Part shown: positions 39,638 to 48,609 of the stretch, piece after piece
Position numbering within the stretch: position 1 is the stretch's first letter
Layout of the letters: every line of letters begins with the position of its first letter
Source of the DNA: an uncultured candidate division Zixibacteria bacterium
Lineage (GTDB): Bacteria; Zixibacteria; MSB-5A5; GN15; FEB-12
Reading direction: 5' to 3'
Assembly: GCA_963664195.1 (NCBI GenBank)
Contig: OY760907.1
Span: forward strand, 640,001-704,000
DNA length: 64,000 nt
Translations under genes and position numbers: made by a program
Notes under the pieces: model-generated
The model's database searches: none
What the model saw: only the letters and a program-made list of their open reading frames with translations
Told to the model about the DNA's origin: nothing

Positions 39638-40687
39638 ATGATGAAACGCTACACCTGGCTTGTTTTTCTCGTGGCCGCACTTGCCTCCTCCTGCGGGAAG
39701 AATAATCACACTGCCGATCCCGTTGAACCTGATCCAAAAGAAACGGCGATTGCAACATCATTGCACGGCACCGCAGCCGGAATGGAGTATTTCTACTCAG
39801 ACGATCAGGGGGGATTTGAAGCCGTGAGTGAGATACCTTTCGATGATCTCTCGTGCAGGAACTGCCATGTTGAGCCGACTCAGTGCATTATCTGCCACAC
39901 CAATGCGGGCATAACTCCAGAGAATCGGTTTTGCACGGAATCGTGCCATTTTCGACAGGCCGACGAAGTCTCTATCCGGGGCGATGTACATCTCAGTGAC
40001 CAAGGTTTCGACTGCTCCACCTGTCATAAGAGCTCTCAAGTGCACGGCGACGGCGCCTCTTACCATAGTATGCTGTCGGCACCGAATGCGGTCAGTTGCG
40101 AACAATCCGGCTGTCACGAAAACGTGCTGACGGAAGAACACAACGCCTCACACACACGCCATGGAATGAGTTTCGAGTGCCGGGCATGCCACAGCAAATC
40201 GGTGCTCACTTATTTCGCCACGGACTTTGCCTCGACCGTCAGGGGCGAGACCGGTTCATTCTACGGGAGCCAACCTGTAGACGACTGGAAATTCCTCGTG
40301 CGCGACGCACGTTCCGGGAAAATTACCACAGCCAACATTCGGGTGATGACGCACGACGGCAAGGCGTTCTACTCAGTAGCGCCTCATCAATCGCACACCA
40401 TATTCAAACCGAATGGCACCGATTGCTTCACTTGCCACTCCAGCACGGCAGTGGCCGAGTACAAGGCCGACGGCATTATGACACTTACCGTATGGAATGA
40501 CACAACTTCGTCGCTGACACACGTGGCCGACGTTATCCCAGTACCGGAAGACTGGGAAACAGCGTTGAAGCTGGATTTCGTGACAAGGGATACGAGCGGC
40601 AACACCGTGTTCGTCTCAGACAGCGCGGATGCGGTCCAGATGCTGTTTGCCGAACCTATCGATGTGACCAGGATGCCGAGTTTCTAG
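39638..40687 (+). CDS. Multiheme cytochrome c lipoprotein (5 CxxCH, 1 CX3CH, 1 CX4CH)
   Basis: Lipobox LASSC; CRNCH, CIICH, CTESCH, CSTCH, CEQSGCH, CRACH, CFTCH. Confidence 0.85.
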   Translation: MMKRYTWLVFLVAALASSCGKNNHTADPVEPDPKETAIATSLHGTAAGMEYFYSDDQGGFEAVSEIPFDDLSCRNCHVEPTQCIICHTNAGITPENRFCTESCHFRQADEVSIRGDVHLSDQGFDCSTCHKSSQVHGDGASYHSMLSAPNAVSCEQSGCHENVLTEEHNASHTRHGMSFECRACHSKSVLTYFATDFASTVRGETGSFYGSQPVDDWKFLVRDARSGKITTANIRVMTHDGKAFYSVAPHQSHTIFKPNGTDCFTCHSSTAVAEYKADGIMTLTVWNDTTSSLTHVADVIPVPEDWETALKLDFVTRDTSGNTVFVSDSADAVQMLFAEPIDVTRMPSF

Positions 40688-40937
40688 GTATCGTCAAGGC
40701 ATATTTGGTCAATGGCACACTTGATTTGCCGCGACCGTCAGGGATCCACCCCTGATGGCGTGTGGTCCCTTCAAACTCGTTTGGAGGGGAAGAACCGGGC
40801 CAAACAAGTTTGACCCGGCCACCCGCCGATCACATTCGTCCCCATTGACCGTCCCATCTACAATGCTTGCTCACACGCTAAAACGTCACTTCCTTGCTTT
40901 CGCAGGTTCACACTTTTTAGCTGCAGGAGATAAAGGC

Positions 40938-41852
40938 ATGCCCTCACATCACGGCGTCGGCGAAAAGACCGGCAGATCATTTCCGAACGATACCCTAAGA
41001 CTATTGATAGAGCGCTCATCCTGCCGGAGCTTCGAGAACAAGAAGATTCCGCCCGATGTGCTCGATTTGGTTCTTGAATCCGGCATTCATGCCGCCACCG
41101 GAGGGAATCTTCAGCCGTACTCGATCATCAAGATCGAGAATCAGACAACCAAGGACAAGCTCACCAAACTCGTTGGCGATCAACCGTTTGTGTCCACGGC
41201 GCCGGTCGATCTCCTGTTCTGCATCGATTATCACCGGCTGGAACGCTGGGCCAAGCTGGAAACGGCACCGTACGCCGCCAGAAGCGCTTTCCGCCATTTC
41301 TGGATCGGTTTTCAGGATACGATCATTGCCGCACAAAACATCTGTACTGCCGCCGATGCCCTGGATTTAGGCTCGGTATATGTCGGTACCGTAATGGAGT
41401 GTTTCCGGGAACTGCGGGAGATGTTTGAATTGCCCGAAGGTGTTTTTCCGGTGGTTCTGCTTTGTCTCGGATATCCGAAGGTCCGGCCGGAACCGCGTAA
41501 GAAACTGGGTGTGCCGGTGATGGTGCATGACGAGAAATACCGAGAACTCACTGACGCCGATCTGTTGGCAGCCTTCAATCAGAAGTACTCCGGTTGGAAA
41601 AAAGAGATCACAGTCGAGCGCCTGGAGACCATAGAATATATCTGCCGGGAGGTCCACGGTGACGCGTTCGCAGAAGAATGCGTGGCAAAGATCAAACGGC
41701 AGGGACATGTCAACGCGGTGCAGAACTACTTTGGGCTTCACTACATGGCGAGCATCATGGCAGCTGATAATGACGAGTTTATGGCCATAATGGAAGAATT
41801 CGGCTGTCACTGGTTCAAGAAGTTCGAGCCGAAGAAAACGAAAGACGAATAG
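40938..41852 (+). CDS. Nitroreductase family protein (NfsA/Frp-like)
   Basis: RSSCRSF, ATGGNLQPYS, AAQN...LGSVYVG, LCLGYP; GGAG RBS. Confidence 0.88.
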   Translation: MPSHHGVGEKTGRSFPNDTLRLLIERSSCRSFENKKIPPDVLDLVLESGIHAATGGNLQPYSIIKIENQTTKDKLTKLVGDQPFVSTAPVDLLFCIDYHRLERWAKLETAPYAARSAFRHFWIGFQDTIIAAQNICTAADALDLGSVYVGTVMECFRELREMFELPEGVFPVVLLCLGYPKVRPEPRKKLGVPVMVHDEKYRELTDADLLAAFNQKYSGWKKEITVERLETIEYICREVHGDAFAEECVAKIKRQGHVNAVQNYFGLHYMASIMAADNDEFMAIMEEFGCHWFKKFEPKKTKDE

Positions 41853-41860
41853 CTCTCGGA

Positions 41861-42394
41861 TCAATCCTTAGAGTCCGGGGTAAGCTTTTTTGACATCACC
41901 ACGCTGCGATAGTTGGTGACATCCCAGTCGGCGTATTCAATAAAGCGATATCCCAACCGCTTATACCATTCTATCAGATGGGTCGCCGGTTCAGCGGTAT
42001 CCAGCGCCAGTTCGGTAGCATTGTAAGCCCTGGCATGACTTTCGGCAGCCGCGATGAGCCGTGTCCCGATCCCCTGACCGCGAAGATCCGGGTCTACTCC
42101 AAGCTGGCCCATGTGCGCCACAGCATCTCGCTCGAGCCACGGTGATCCCTTGCAGTGACCGGGAGGATAGCAAGTGATCGTCCCCGCAATCTTTTCCCCG
42201 TTTACTGCTAAGAGACAGACACCTCCGGCTACTCGCCTGCGCGTGACATCTACTTCCTGATGGGTTGCCAGATAGCGCAATCCCATGCCGGCAAGAACGT
42301 CATAAGCACGGTGGAGGAACTCGGTCAACTCCTCAAGTGAGTCCGAGTCATTCATTTCTCGAACTACCATTTGATCGTCTGGGGGGTTGTTCAT
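41861..42394 (-). CDS. GNAT family N-acetyltransferase
   Basis: VDPDLRGQGIG acetyl-CoA motif, WYKRLGY. Confidence 0.88.
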   Translation of the reverse strand: MNNPPDDQMVVREMNDSDSLEELTEFLHRAYDVLAGMGLRYLATHQEVDVTRRRVAGGVCLLAVNGEKIAGTITCYPPGHCKGSPWLERDAVAHMGQLGVDPDLRGQGIGTRLIAAAESHARAYNATELALDTAEPATHLIEWYKRLGYRFIEYADWDVTNYRSVVMSKKLTPDSKD

Positions 42395-42982
42395 ACCACA
42401 CTTAGCATAGCATACAAACGTGGTGACGGTCAACCCAATTCACGGCAGTTCCAACTGTTTCACTTCTCTCGTGAGGGGATAGCGTCAGTGGCGCAAAGTG
42501 AAACAACAGTTGTTTCACTCAGAACCGTCCCGTATTTCCCAATCCCGGCAATTTTCGGCCATTCGACGTACAAAAAAGTACCGCAACATACGCAATCCTA
42601 TCTCGTTATCGGACATTCTTGTACCTAGAATCACCCAGGAAATCGGTTCCGGGGGGTACAGAAAAGTACTGTTTCATGCTAAAGTCGCATGGGGGGAAAC
42701 GCCGATAGCCAGAGTAAGTTTATCGCGTATGTCCGAACCGACTCTCCGCGATACATCAGTGTGTGAAGACAACTTTGAGCGGCGTGTCGGAGGCCATATT
42801 CCGGCGAGGAAACTGTGACCGAGGCTTTGAAAGACAAGACTGAGACAACAACTAGCCGATCTTTTCGCCCCGAAGGTAAAACTCCGAGGCCATCAGCCTT
42901 AATCCTCTCTCCTATCGATTCGCCGTCAGAGAAGCAATCAATCTCCTAGGGCCAACTTTAAGCATCATGGAGGAATCATCCT

Positions 42983-45520
42983 ATGAAGAGGACTACCCTG
43001 GCCTTAACCTTGACACTGCAATTGCTGTTCGTCAGCAGCCTTTTTGCGAGTTCCGCAACCCTTTCCTGGACCGCTCCCGGCGATGACGGCAATGTCGGTA
43101 CCGCCAGCGGCTACGACCTTCGCTACGCCACTTCGGTCATAACCGAGGGGAACTGGAACAGTGCATCCCAGGTGATCGGCGAGCCTGTGCCGTCTGTAGC
43201 GGGCAGCGCCGAGACTCTTGTTGTTGACGATCTTGATCCTGAACAAACTTACTACTTCGCCATAAAAGCTGTCGACGAAGCCAACAACTGGTCTGCACTT
43301 TCCAATGTGTATGCCGTAACTACGCTGCCGGATGACACCCTTCCGACAGACACCGCGCCGGCCAATATCGCCGATCTGCGGACAACCGGTGCCACCACGT
43401 CATCGATTTCCCTCGCCTGGACGGCTCCGGGAGCTGACGGTAACGACGGCACCGCCTCACAGTACGACCTCAGGTACGCTCTGGCGCCTATTAATGAATC
43501 GTCCTGGAACAGCGCCTCTCAGGCAGTCGGGCTTTCCGCGCCACGGTCCGCCGGCAGCGCTGAGTCATTCACGCTAACCGGACTCGATGAGGGCACAACG
43601 TATTTCTTTGCAATACGGACCGCCGACGCCAACCCACTCTGGTCAGGCCTGTCAAACAACGCCACGGGCACGACAGATCAGACGGCCACCGATACGGCAC
43701 CCAGCGCAATCGCCAACCTGGCAACAACTTCGACCACCTTGACTTCGATCTCCCTGACATGGACCGCTCCGGGGGCCGACGGTAATACGGGCACTGCCTC
43801 GCAATACGACCTTCGCTATAGCCAATCGCCGATCAACGCGTCCAACTGGAGCAGCGCCACGCAGGCCTCCGGGCTTTCGGCGCCGCGGGCGGCCGGAAAC
43901 ACGGAATCGTTTACGGTGGCGGATCTCGCGATTGGCACCACGTATTACTTCGCGATACGTACTGCCGACGCCAACCCGCTCTGGTCCGATCTGTCCAACA
44001 TCGCAGCCGCAGCGACCGAGTCAATGAGCTCCGGAGAGGACACTGACGTACCGCCGGCAGCCATCGCTGACCTGAGCGCCTCAGCAACTTCAGAGCACTC
44101 GATTAGCATCACCTGGACAGCCCCGGGGTGCGACGGATTTGACGGTACAGCCTACCGCTATTTCGTCAAGTGCGCCACGTTCCCGATTACGTCCAGCAAC
44201 TTCAGCCAGGCCACTACCGTGAGCGTTGCACACCCTCTCCCGTCCGGAAGCACCGAAACGATCGTGTGCGACGGCCTTGACGCCGCCACAACCTACTATT
44301 ATGCGGTGAGGGCGGCTGACTCCGGTTGGAATTGGTCTGATATGTCCAATATCGCCTCAGCCACCACGACCCTCCCATCGACTGAACCGATTGCGGCAGA
44401 TTTCTCGATGTCCGACATTGTCGGGCAGGTGCCGATGCCAGTGCAGTTCACCGACCATTCATCTGGCGAACCGACCTCCTGGGAGTGGGATTTCGGCGAC
44501 GGCAGCAGTTCCGTCGACCAGAACCCGACCCACGTGTACAGCACTGCCGGAACGTTTTCGGTATCACTGACCGTGACCGGCGGCGGCAACTCCGACACCG
44601 AAGTAAAGAGCGATGCCATAACGCTAACCTCTCCTCCGCCGCCAACCGCCGCATTTGCGGTGTCGGCAACTTCAGGCGACGCTCCGCTGTCAGTCAGCTT
44701 CACCGATCAGTCGACCGGCGAACCGACCTCGTGGCAGTGGAACTTCGGTGACGGCAACGGCTCCGCCGACCAGAACCCGTCGCATACTTACCAGAGTGCC
44801 GGTGAGTACACGGTAAGCCTGACGGCGACTAACGACAACGGCTCTACTACAGAGACCAAGACTGATCTCATCAGCGTGACCGTACCAACTAAGGGTATGC
44901 ACGTGGAAGCCATCAAGGTCGTCCGTTCGACTTCAAGCCGCTCATGCCGCGGGATCGGGCGTGTGACGGTCGAGGACGCTGATGGACGACCCGTCGCGGG
45001 TGCCACCGTGACCATCGACTATAATGGCCCGACCGCAGGTACACTGAGCGGCCGGACCGACAGGGACGGCATGGTGCTGTACCGCCTGGACCGCTCCCGG
45101 ATATGCTGGCGCGATGAATGGTGTGTCGAAGTTCGCGATATCACTCACAATGACTATGAGTACAAGCCTGAGAACAACGCCGTTACCGAGGCATGCGAAA
45201 GCGGTGCGCAGGACGCCCTCGCCAGTGCCACTTCCGGTCCGGTCGAAACCGGTCTCGGGCAGAACTACCCGAATCCGTTCAACCCGACCACCGAGATTTC
45301 CTTCAGCCTTGCGGCGCCGACCCATGTCCGTCTTGTAGTCTACAACGTCCTCGGTCAGGAAGTCCAGACCCTGGTCGACGAGACCCGTGACGCCGGCCAG
45401 CACCAGGTGATGTGGAACGGCCGCGACGACGGCGGTAGTCGTGTCGCAAGCGGACTGTACCTGTATCGTCTCGAAGCGGGTGACTACGTGGAAACACGTA
45501 AGATGATGATGCTGAAATAA
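42983..45520 (+). CDS. Secreted protein with 4 FN3, 2 PKD, one Ig-like and a FlgD-Ig/T9SS-type C-terminal domain
   Basis: Four WTAPGxDGxxGTA repeats, WDFGDG/WNFGDG, QNYPNPFNP...YLYRL...RKMMMLK. Confidence 0.85.
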   Translation: MKRTTLALTLTLQLLFVSSLFASSATLSWTAPGDDGNVGTASGYDLRYATSVITEGNWNSASQVIGEPVPSVAGSAETLVVDDLDPEQTYYFAIKAVDEANNWSALSNVYAVTTLPDDTLPTDTAPANIADLRTTGATTSSISLAWTAPGADGNDGTASQYDLRYALAPINESSWNSASQAVGLSAPRSAGSAESFTLTGLDEGTTYFFAIRTADANPLWSGLSNNATGTTDQTATDTAPSAIANLATTSTTLTSISLTWTAPGADGNTGTASQYDLRYSQSPINASNWSSATQASGLSAPRAAGNTESFTVADLAIGTTYYFAIRTADANPLWSDLSNIAAAATESMSSGEDTDVPPAAIADLSASATSEHSISITWTAPGCDGFDGTAYRYFVKCATFPITSSNFSQATTVSVAHPLPSGSTETIVCDGLDAATTYYYAVRAADSGWNWSDMSNIASATTTLPSTEPIAADFSMSDIVGQVPMPVQFTDHSSGEPTSWEWDFGDGSSSVDQNPTHVYSTAGTFSVSLTVTGGGNSDTEVKSDAITLTSPPPPTAAFAVSATSGDAPLSVSFTDQSTGEPTSWQWNFGDGNGSADQNPSHTYQSAGEYTVSLTATNDNGSTTETKTDLISVTVPTKGMHVEAIKVVRSTSSRSCRGIGRVTVEDADGRPVAGATVTIDYNGPTAGTLSGRTDRDGMVLYRLDRSRICWRDEWCVEVRDITHNDYEYKPENNAVTEACESGAQDALASATSGPVETGLGQNYPNPFNPTTEISFSLAAPTHVRLVVYNVLGQEVQTLVDETRDAGQHQVMWNGRDDGGSRVASGLYLYRLEAGDYVETRKMMMLK

Positions 45521-45550
45521 GACCTATCAGCAACATATCCCTGTTGCCGT

Positions 45551-45583
45551 AACCGCCCCGCCGCCCCTACCGGTGGGGCGGTT
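45551..45583. terminator. GC-rich hairpin between convergent genes
   Basis: AACCGCCCC...GGGGCGGTT; no clear U-tract. Confidence 0.55.
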
Positions 45584-45677
45584 GCACGTCTGAGAAGCAA
45601 GGCTCCGTGAAGATACCGGAGGGCAAAGACGGGAATAGAAAGAACCGGATGCGTACGACAACGACACCCGGTCTCTG

Positions 45678-46775
45678 TTAAAGCAGGTTGATGACTCTGT
45701 CGGCCAGTCCCTTCTCACCGAGTACAACGCTGAGCTTGGAGTTGCCTGCGATTTTCTCGAGCACTTCCAGTTCTCTCAGCTTCATCAGGGTCGGGCTGGA
45801 CTCCAGAATCCTGGCCGTATTGGCCTGTGAACGCATCGCGGCAGTCTCCTCACGACGCGCTACCGCGTTGGCCTCAGAGGCCTTTTTCGCCTCGGTCACC
45901 TTGTTAAGCAGATCCTTCATCTCGCCCGGAAGGATGATATCCTTAATGCCGAGCTTGATGACTTCAATGCCAAACCGGGCGGCCGTCTTGCGGAGAATGC
46001 TCTCCGGCTCCGCAGCAATACTCTCCTTATCGGAAAGCAATTGGTCAAGATCTCTCATGGCAATCGCCCCACGAAGCGCCAGTTGCACCTCACGGTACAG
46101 CGCCTGAAAGCGATCCTCAACCCCCGTGATCGAGGCCAGCGCATTGGTCACGCGGTACGTAACCAGCGAGTTCAAGCGAAGCGTGACCTTGTCTGAGGTC
46201 ATGATCTCCTGACCGGTAACATCCAACACGCACTCACGTGTATCAACCATCACCGCGGTGAGAGCACCCGCACTCTTCCAAAACGCGTAACGCCCCGTGG
46301 AGAAGCTGCCGATGTGAACACCGTCGCAGAAGAACAAGCCCTCATGTCCGATCCGTACGTCATGCACTTGCAAGTGTGCTTCGGCAGAATCGGACTGCAG
46401 AATCGCGGCGAGTTCGTCGTGCTCAAACCGCGCGGTCCCGATATCGACAGTTTTTACCTTCACCTCGTGGAAGGAAGTCCAGAGCACGTGCTGTCCGGCT
46501 CCGAGGATGGCGTAGAAACGTCCGTCTACCCAGACCAGCGCGGATTCGCCGTCCCGCAAATCAAGCACTTCAGCCTCATCCTTCAGCACACCGGACTTGA
46601 TGACTACTTCAATATCCGCATGCTCGAACCGGACACTACGTGTTGAGACACGAATCAGTTTCTGGTTGAGATCGATCCAGTGCCATCCAGGCCCGAGCAA
46701 TCTCTTGCACTCCCCCTTAACGAATACCAGGCCGCGTTCAAACGGCTTCATACGAACAAGTCTCTTCAGAATCAT
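45678..46775 (-). CDS. SPFH/Band-7 (slipin) family protein with three N-terminal beta repeats
   Basis: GQEIMTSDKVTLRLN, LYREVQLALR, IKDIILPGEMK, RREETAAMRSQANTA, LMKLRELE; RBS AAAGGAGG. Confidence 0.88.
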   Translation of the reverse strand: MILKRLVRMKPFERGLVFVKGECKRLLGPGWHWIDLNQKLIRVSTRSVRFEHADIEVVIKSGVLKDEAEVLDLRDGESALVWVDGRFYAILGAGQHVLWTSFHEVKVKTVDIGTARFEHDELAAILQSDSAEAHLQVHDVRIGHEGLFFCDGVHIGSFSTGRYAFWKSAGALTAVMVDTRECVLDVTGQEIMTSDKVTLRLNSLVTYRVTNALASITGVEDRFQALYREVQLALRGAIAMRDLDQLLSDKESIAAEPESILRKTAARFGIEVIKLGIKDIILPGEMKDLLNKVTEAKKASEANAVARREETAAMRSQANTARILESSPTLMKLRELEVLEKIAGNSKLSVVLGEKGLADRVINLL

Positions 46776-46799
46776 GGTTATACCTCCTTTCGTTGCTAG

Positions 46800-47290
46800 G
46801 CGTAACCGTTACGTGTTGTCGATCAGTTGTCTGATCGAAGTAGTCTCAGGGTTTCTGGGACACAACCGGCGGGGCATCTCTGCCATCCCACATTCAGGCG
46901 CGGAGCACTGCTTGAGTCTCACATCCTACATGTATACACCAATCTCGCCCTCCCCCCGACAGCAACGATTGAGGAAACTACGTCGGTTCTGTGAAACGGT
47001 ATCCGCGTGCCGCAAAGCGCCGTAATATGGTGTCCTCGGCACACTACGATGAGTCTGCATAAGACTTGACGACAGAAAATACTCCCCGCCCGTCATGACC
47101 GCTTGGTGCAGGGGCTAACCTGCGGGTTTGAAAGACCCGTGCTCTTCGAGCGTTTTTCCAAACGGTAGGCCCCGGGACTCGAACCCGTATAGGTCACTTG
47201 ACCCGTACTACCGGGCTGTACGACGCCGTTCAGATACCTTGGCGGAACACTCGAATCGAATCAACGGGTGACAATTCGAGCGCCACAGGA
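46800..47290 (-). ncRNA. Putative large structured ncRNA upstream of slipin (Band-7-associated)
   Basis: No credible ORF; many hairpins plus a ~30-bp imperfect helix 47068-47100/46858-46887 whose G-U pairs form only on the minus strand; ends are approximate. Confidence 0.65.
47161..47230 (-). ncRNA. tRNA-like domain lacking anticodon loop and CCA
   Basis: D arm GTAC-AGCCCGGTA-GTAC, short GGTC-AAGT-GACC hairpin, T arm CGGG-TTCGAGT-CCCG, closed by AACGG/CCGTT. Confidence 0.75.
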
Positions 47291-47326
47291 CGGATCGTAC
47301 ATCTTTTGTCTGACTCTTGAATAGAA

Positions 47327-48169
47327 TCAGTCAGCTTTTCTGGCGATCACGGCAAATTGCGTGGACTCCGGCTCGAAGTCATCACCGGCGACGTTTGCAT
47401 ACTGCTCGCAGACTGTGAACCCGCAACGTTCCAGATCGTCACGCAGCGAATCCGGGCTGTAGCATTGCAGCCAGTTGAAAACCTCGCGGGTTCGATCCAA
47501 CTCGATAATCACGTGCTTGTCCAAAAGCAGCGCTTCGTCGTCATACTTCAGCGAGTTCTCAATCACGTAGTACGGCTCAGACGTCCAGAATCCGTTTCGC
47601 GCACTGAAGTCTAGCGTCAGCTTTTCATCTGTCGCATCGAATTGCTGCGTCGAGAGGACATCAAAGAGCAGTGCTCCTTCGCCGTTGAGACAGCCGTGTA
47701 TTATGCCCAGCAGTCGCCGTCTCTGTTTGGGAGACAGGACGCAGAAATCACAGTAGATCATCGTCACAAGATCAAACCTCTTGTTGGTCGAGAACTCGAG
47801 GTAATTACTCTGCACGTACGCGATATCCAAATCCCTGCGGACGGCATCTCCGCGAGCGTACTCAATTGATCGCTCGGAGAGATCGACTCCGGTCACATCG
47901 CAGCCTGTTTGAGCAAACCGCGAAGTGTACAGGCCGGGGCCGCAACCGAGATCACAAACCGTCTTGCCCCTTCCGAGGTCGAAGCGGTTAATGATCCAGT
48001 TTGAGGAGCGATCAACAAACGCCTTGTTTCTGGAGGCCAGTTCTGCCTGTTCATCCAGATGCAGCTCGAGCATCTTCTTCGACACGTACGGGTCGTTCCA
48101 GAGCAGGTCTATAGTGTAGAACTCAAACGGCTTCGGCCGCGAGGTGTATCTTTTCAAATCTTCAAACAT
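47327..48169 (-). CDS. Class I SAM-dependent methyltransferase
   Basis: DLGCGPG, GVDLS, FDLVTMIYCD. Confidence 0.9.
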   Translation of the reverse strand: MFEDLKRYTSRPKPFEFYTIDLLWNDPYVSKKMLELHLDEQAELASRNKAFVDRSSNWIINRFDLGRGKTVCDLGCGPGLYTSRFAQTGCDVTGVDLSERSIEYARGDAVRRDLDIAYVQSNYLEFSTNKRFDLVTMIYCDFCVLSPKQRRRLLGIIHGCLNGEGALLFDVLSTQQFDATDEKLTLDFSARNGFWTSEPYYVIENSLKYDDEALLLDKHVIIELDRTREVFNWLQCYSPDSLRDDLERCGFTVCEQYANVAGDDFEPESTQFAVIARKAD

Positions 48170-48379
48170 ATCTATTTCCAATCGTGTTGGTTGTCCTGGT
48201 CAAGTGCCTTCCTGTATCACTCTCCTACATTGCCCCCTGCTGGGCCGTCGCGTGCCCTCACGTGACGGCTCTCAGTAGTTGTCAAGTAGCCGTCAGACGA
48301 GGTCGTCTGACATCACGTGGAGGGCGAACTGAGTACTTCTAGTAGTACTCCGTGATTTCAGTCCTCCCGGGACTCCCAC

Positions 48380-48410
48380 AAAAAAAGCCCGGGACCGCAA
48401 TCCCGGGCTT
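48380..48410 (-). terminator. Rho-independent terminator in the methyltransferase leader
   Basis: Minus strand GCCCGGGA-TTGCGG-TCCCGGGC-T7. Confidence 0.85.
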
Positions 48411-48432
48411 CTATATCTTTCACAGACACAGC

Positions 48433-48525
48433 TTACCGCAATAGTGGTTTCTCCACGCCATTCATCTCGCCATAGGCGCAAGTCGGGCGTGCCAGGAGTC
48501 GAATATGTATCTGTCTGTTTTTCAT
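48433..48525 (-). CDS. Putative 30-aa leader peptide MKNRQIHIRLLARPTCAYGEMNGVEKPLLR
   Basis: ORF between a near-consensus promoter and a terminator; almost leaderless. Confidence 0.4.
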   Translation of the reverse strand: MKNRQIHIRLLARPTCAYGEMNGVEKPLLR

Positions 48526-48535
48526 AACGGCGCCA

Positions 48536-48564
48536 AGGATATACATATCGGATGACAATGTCAA
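48536..48564 (-). promoter_or_regulatory. Sigma70 promoter
   Basis: Minus strand TTGACA-N17-TATCCT. Confidence 0.7.
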
Positions 48565-48609
48565 GAACTTTCTGAATAAAATCGTCACGCGAGTCCAGAA
48601 AGCTCCGTT

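Noticed and set aside
42700..42982. c-di-GMP or other riboswitch before the FN3/PKD gene
   Set aside because: No recognisable aptamer consensus
43050..44900. Repeated DNA segments as a CRISPR or repeat array
   Set aside because: They are in-frame FN3 and PKD domain repeats; no repeat-spacer array was seen anywhere in the window
47161..47230. Functional tRNA, tRNA-Sec or tmRNA
   Set aside because: No 7-nt anticodon loop, long variable arm, CCA end or tag reading frame
46800..47290. Group I/II intron or IS remnant
   Set aside because: It interrupts no gene, and I recognised no intron core, RT, endonuclease or transposase
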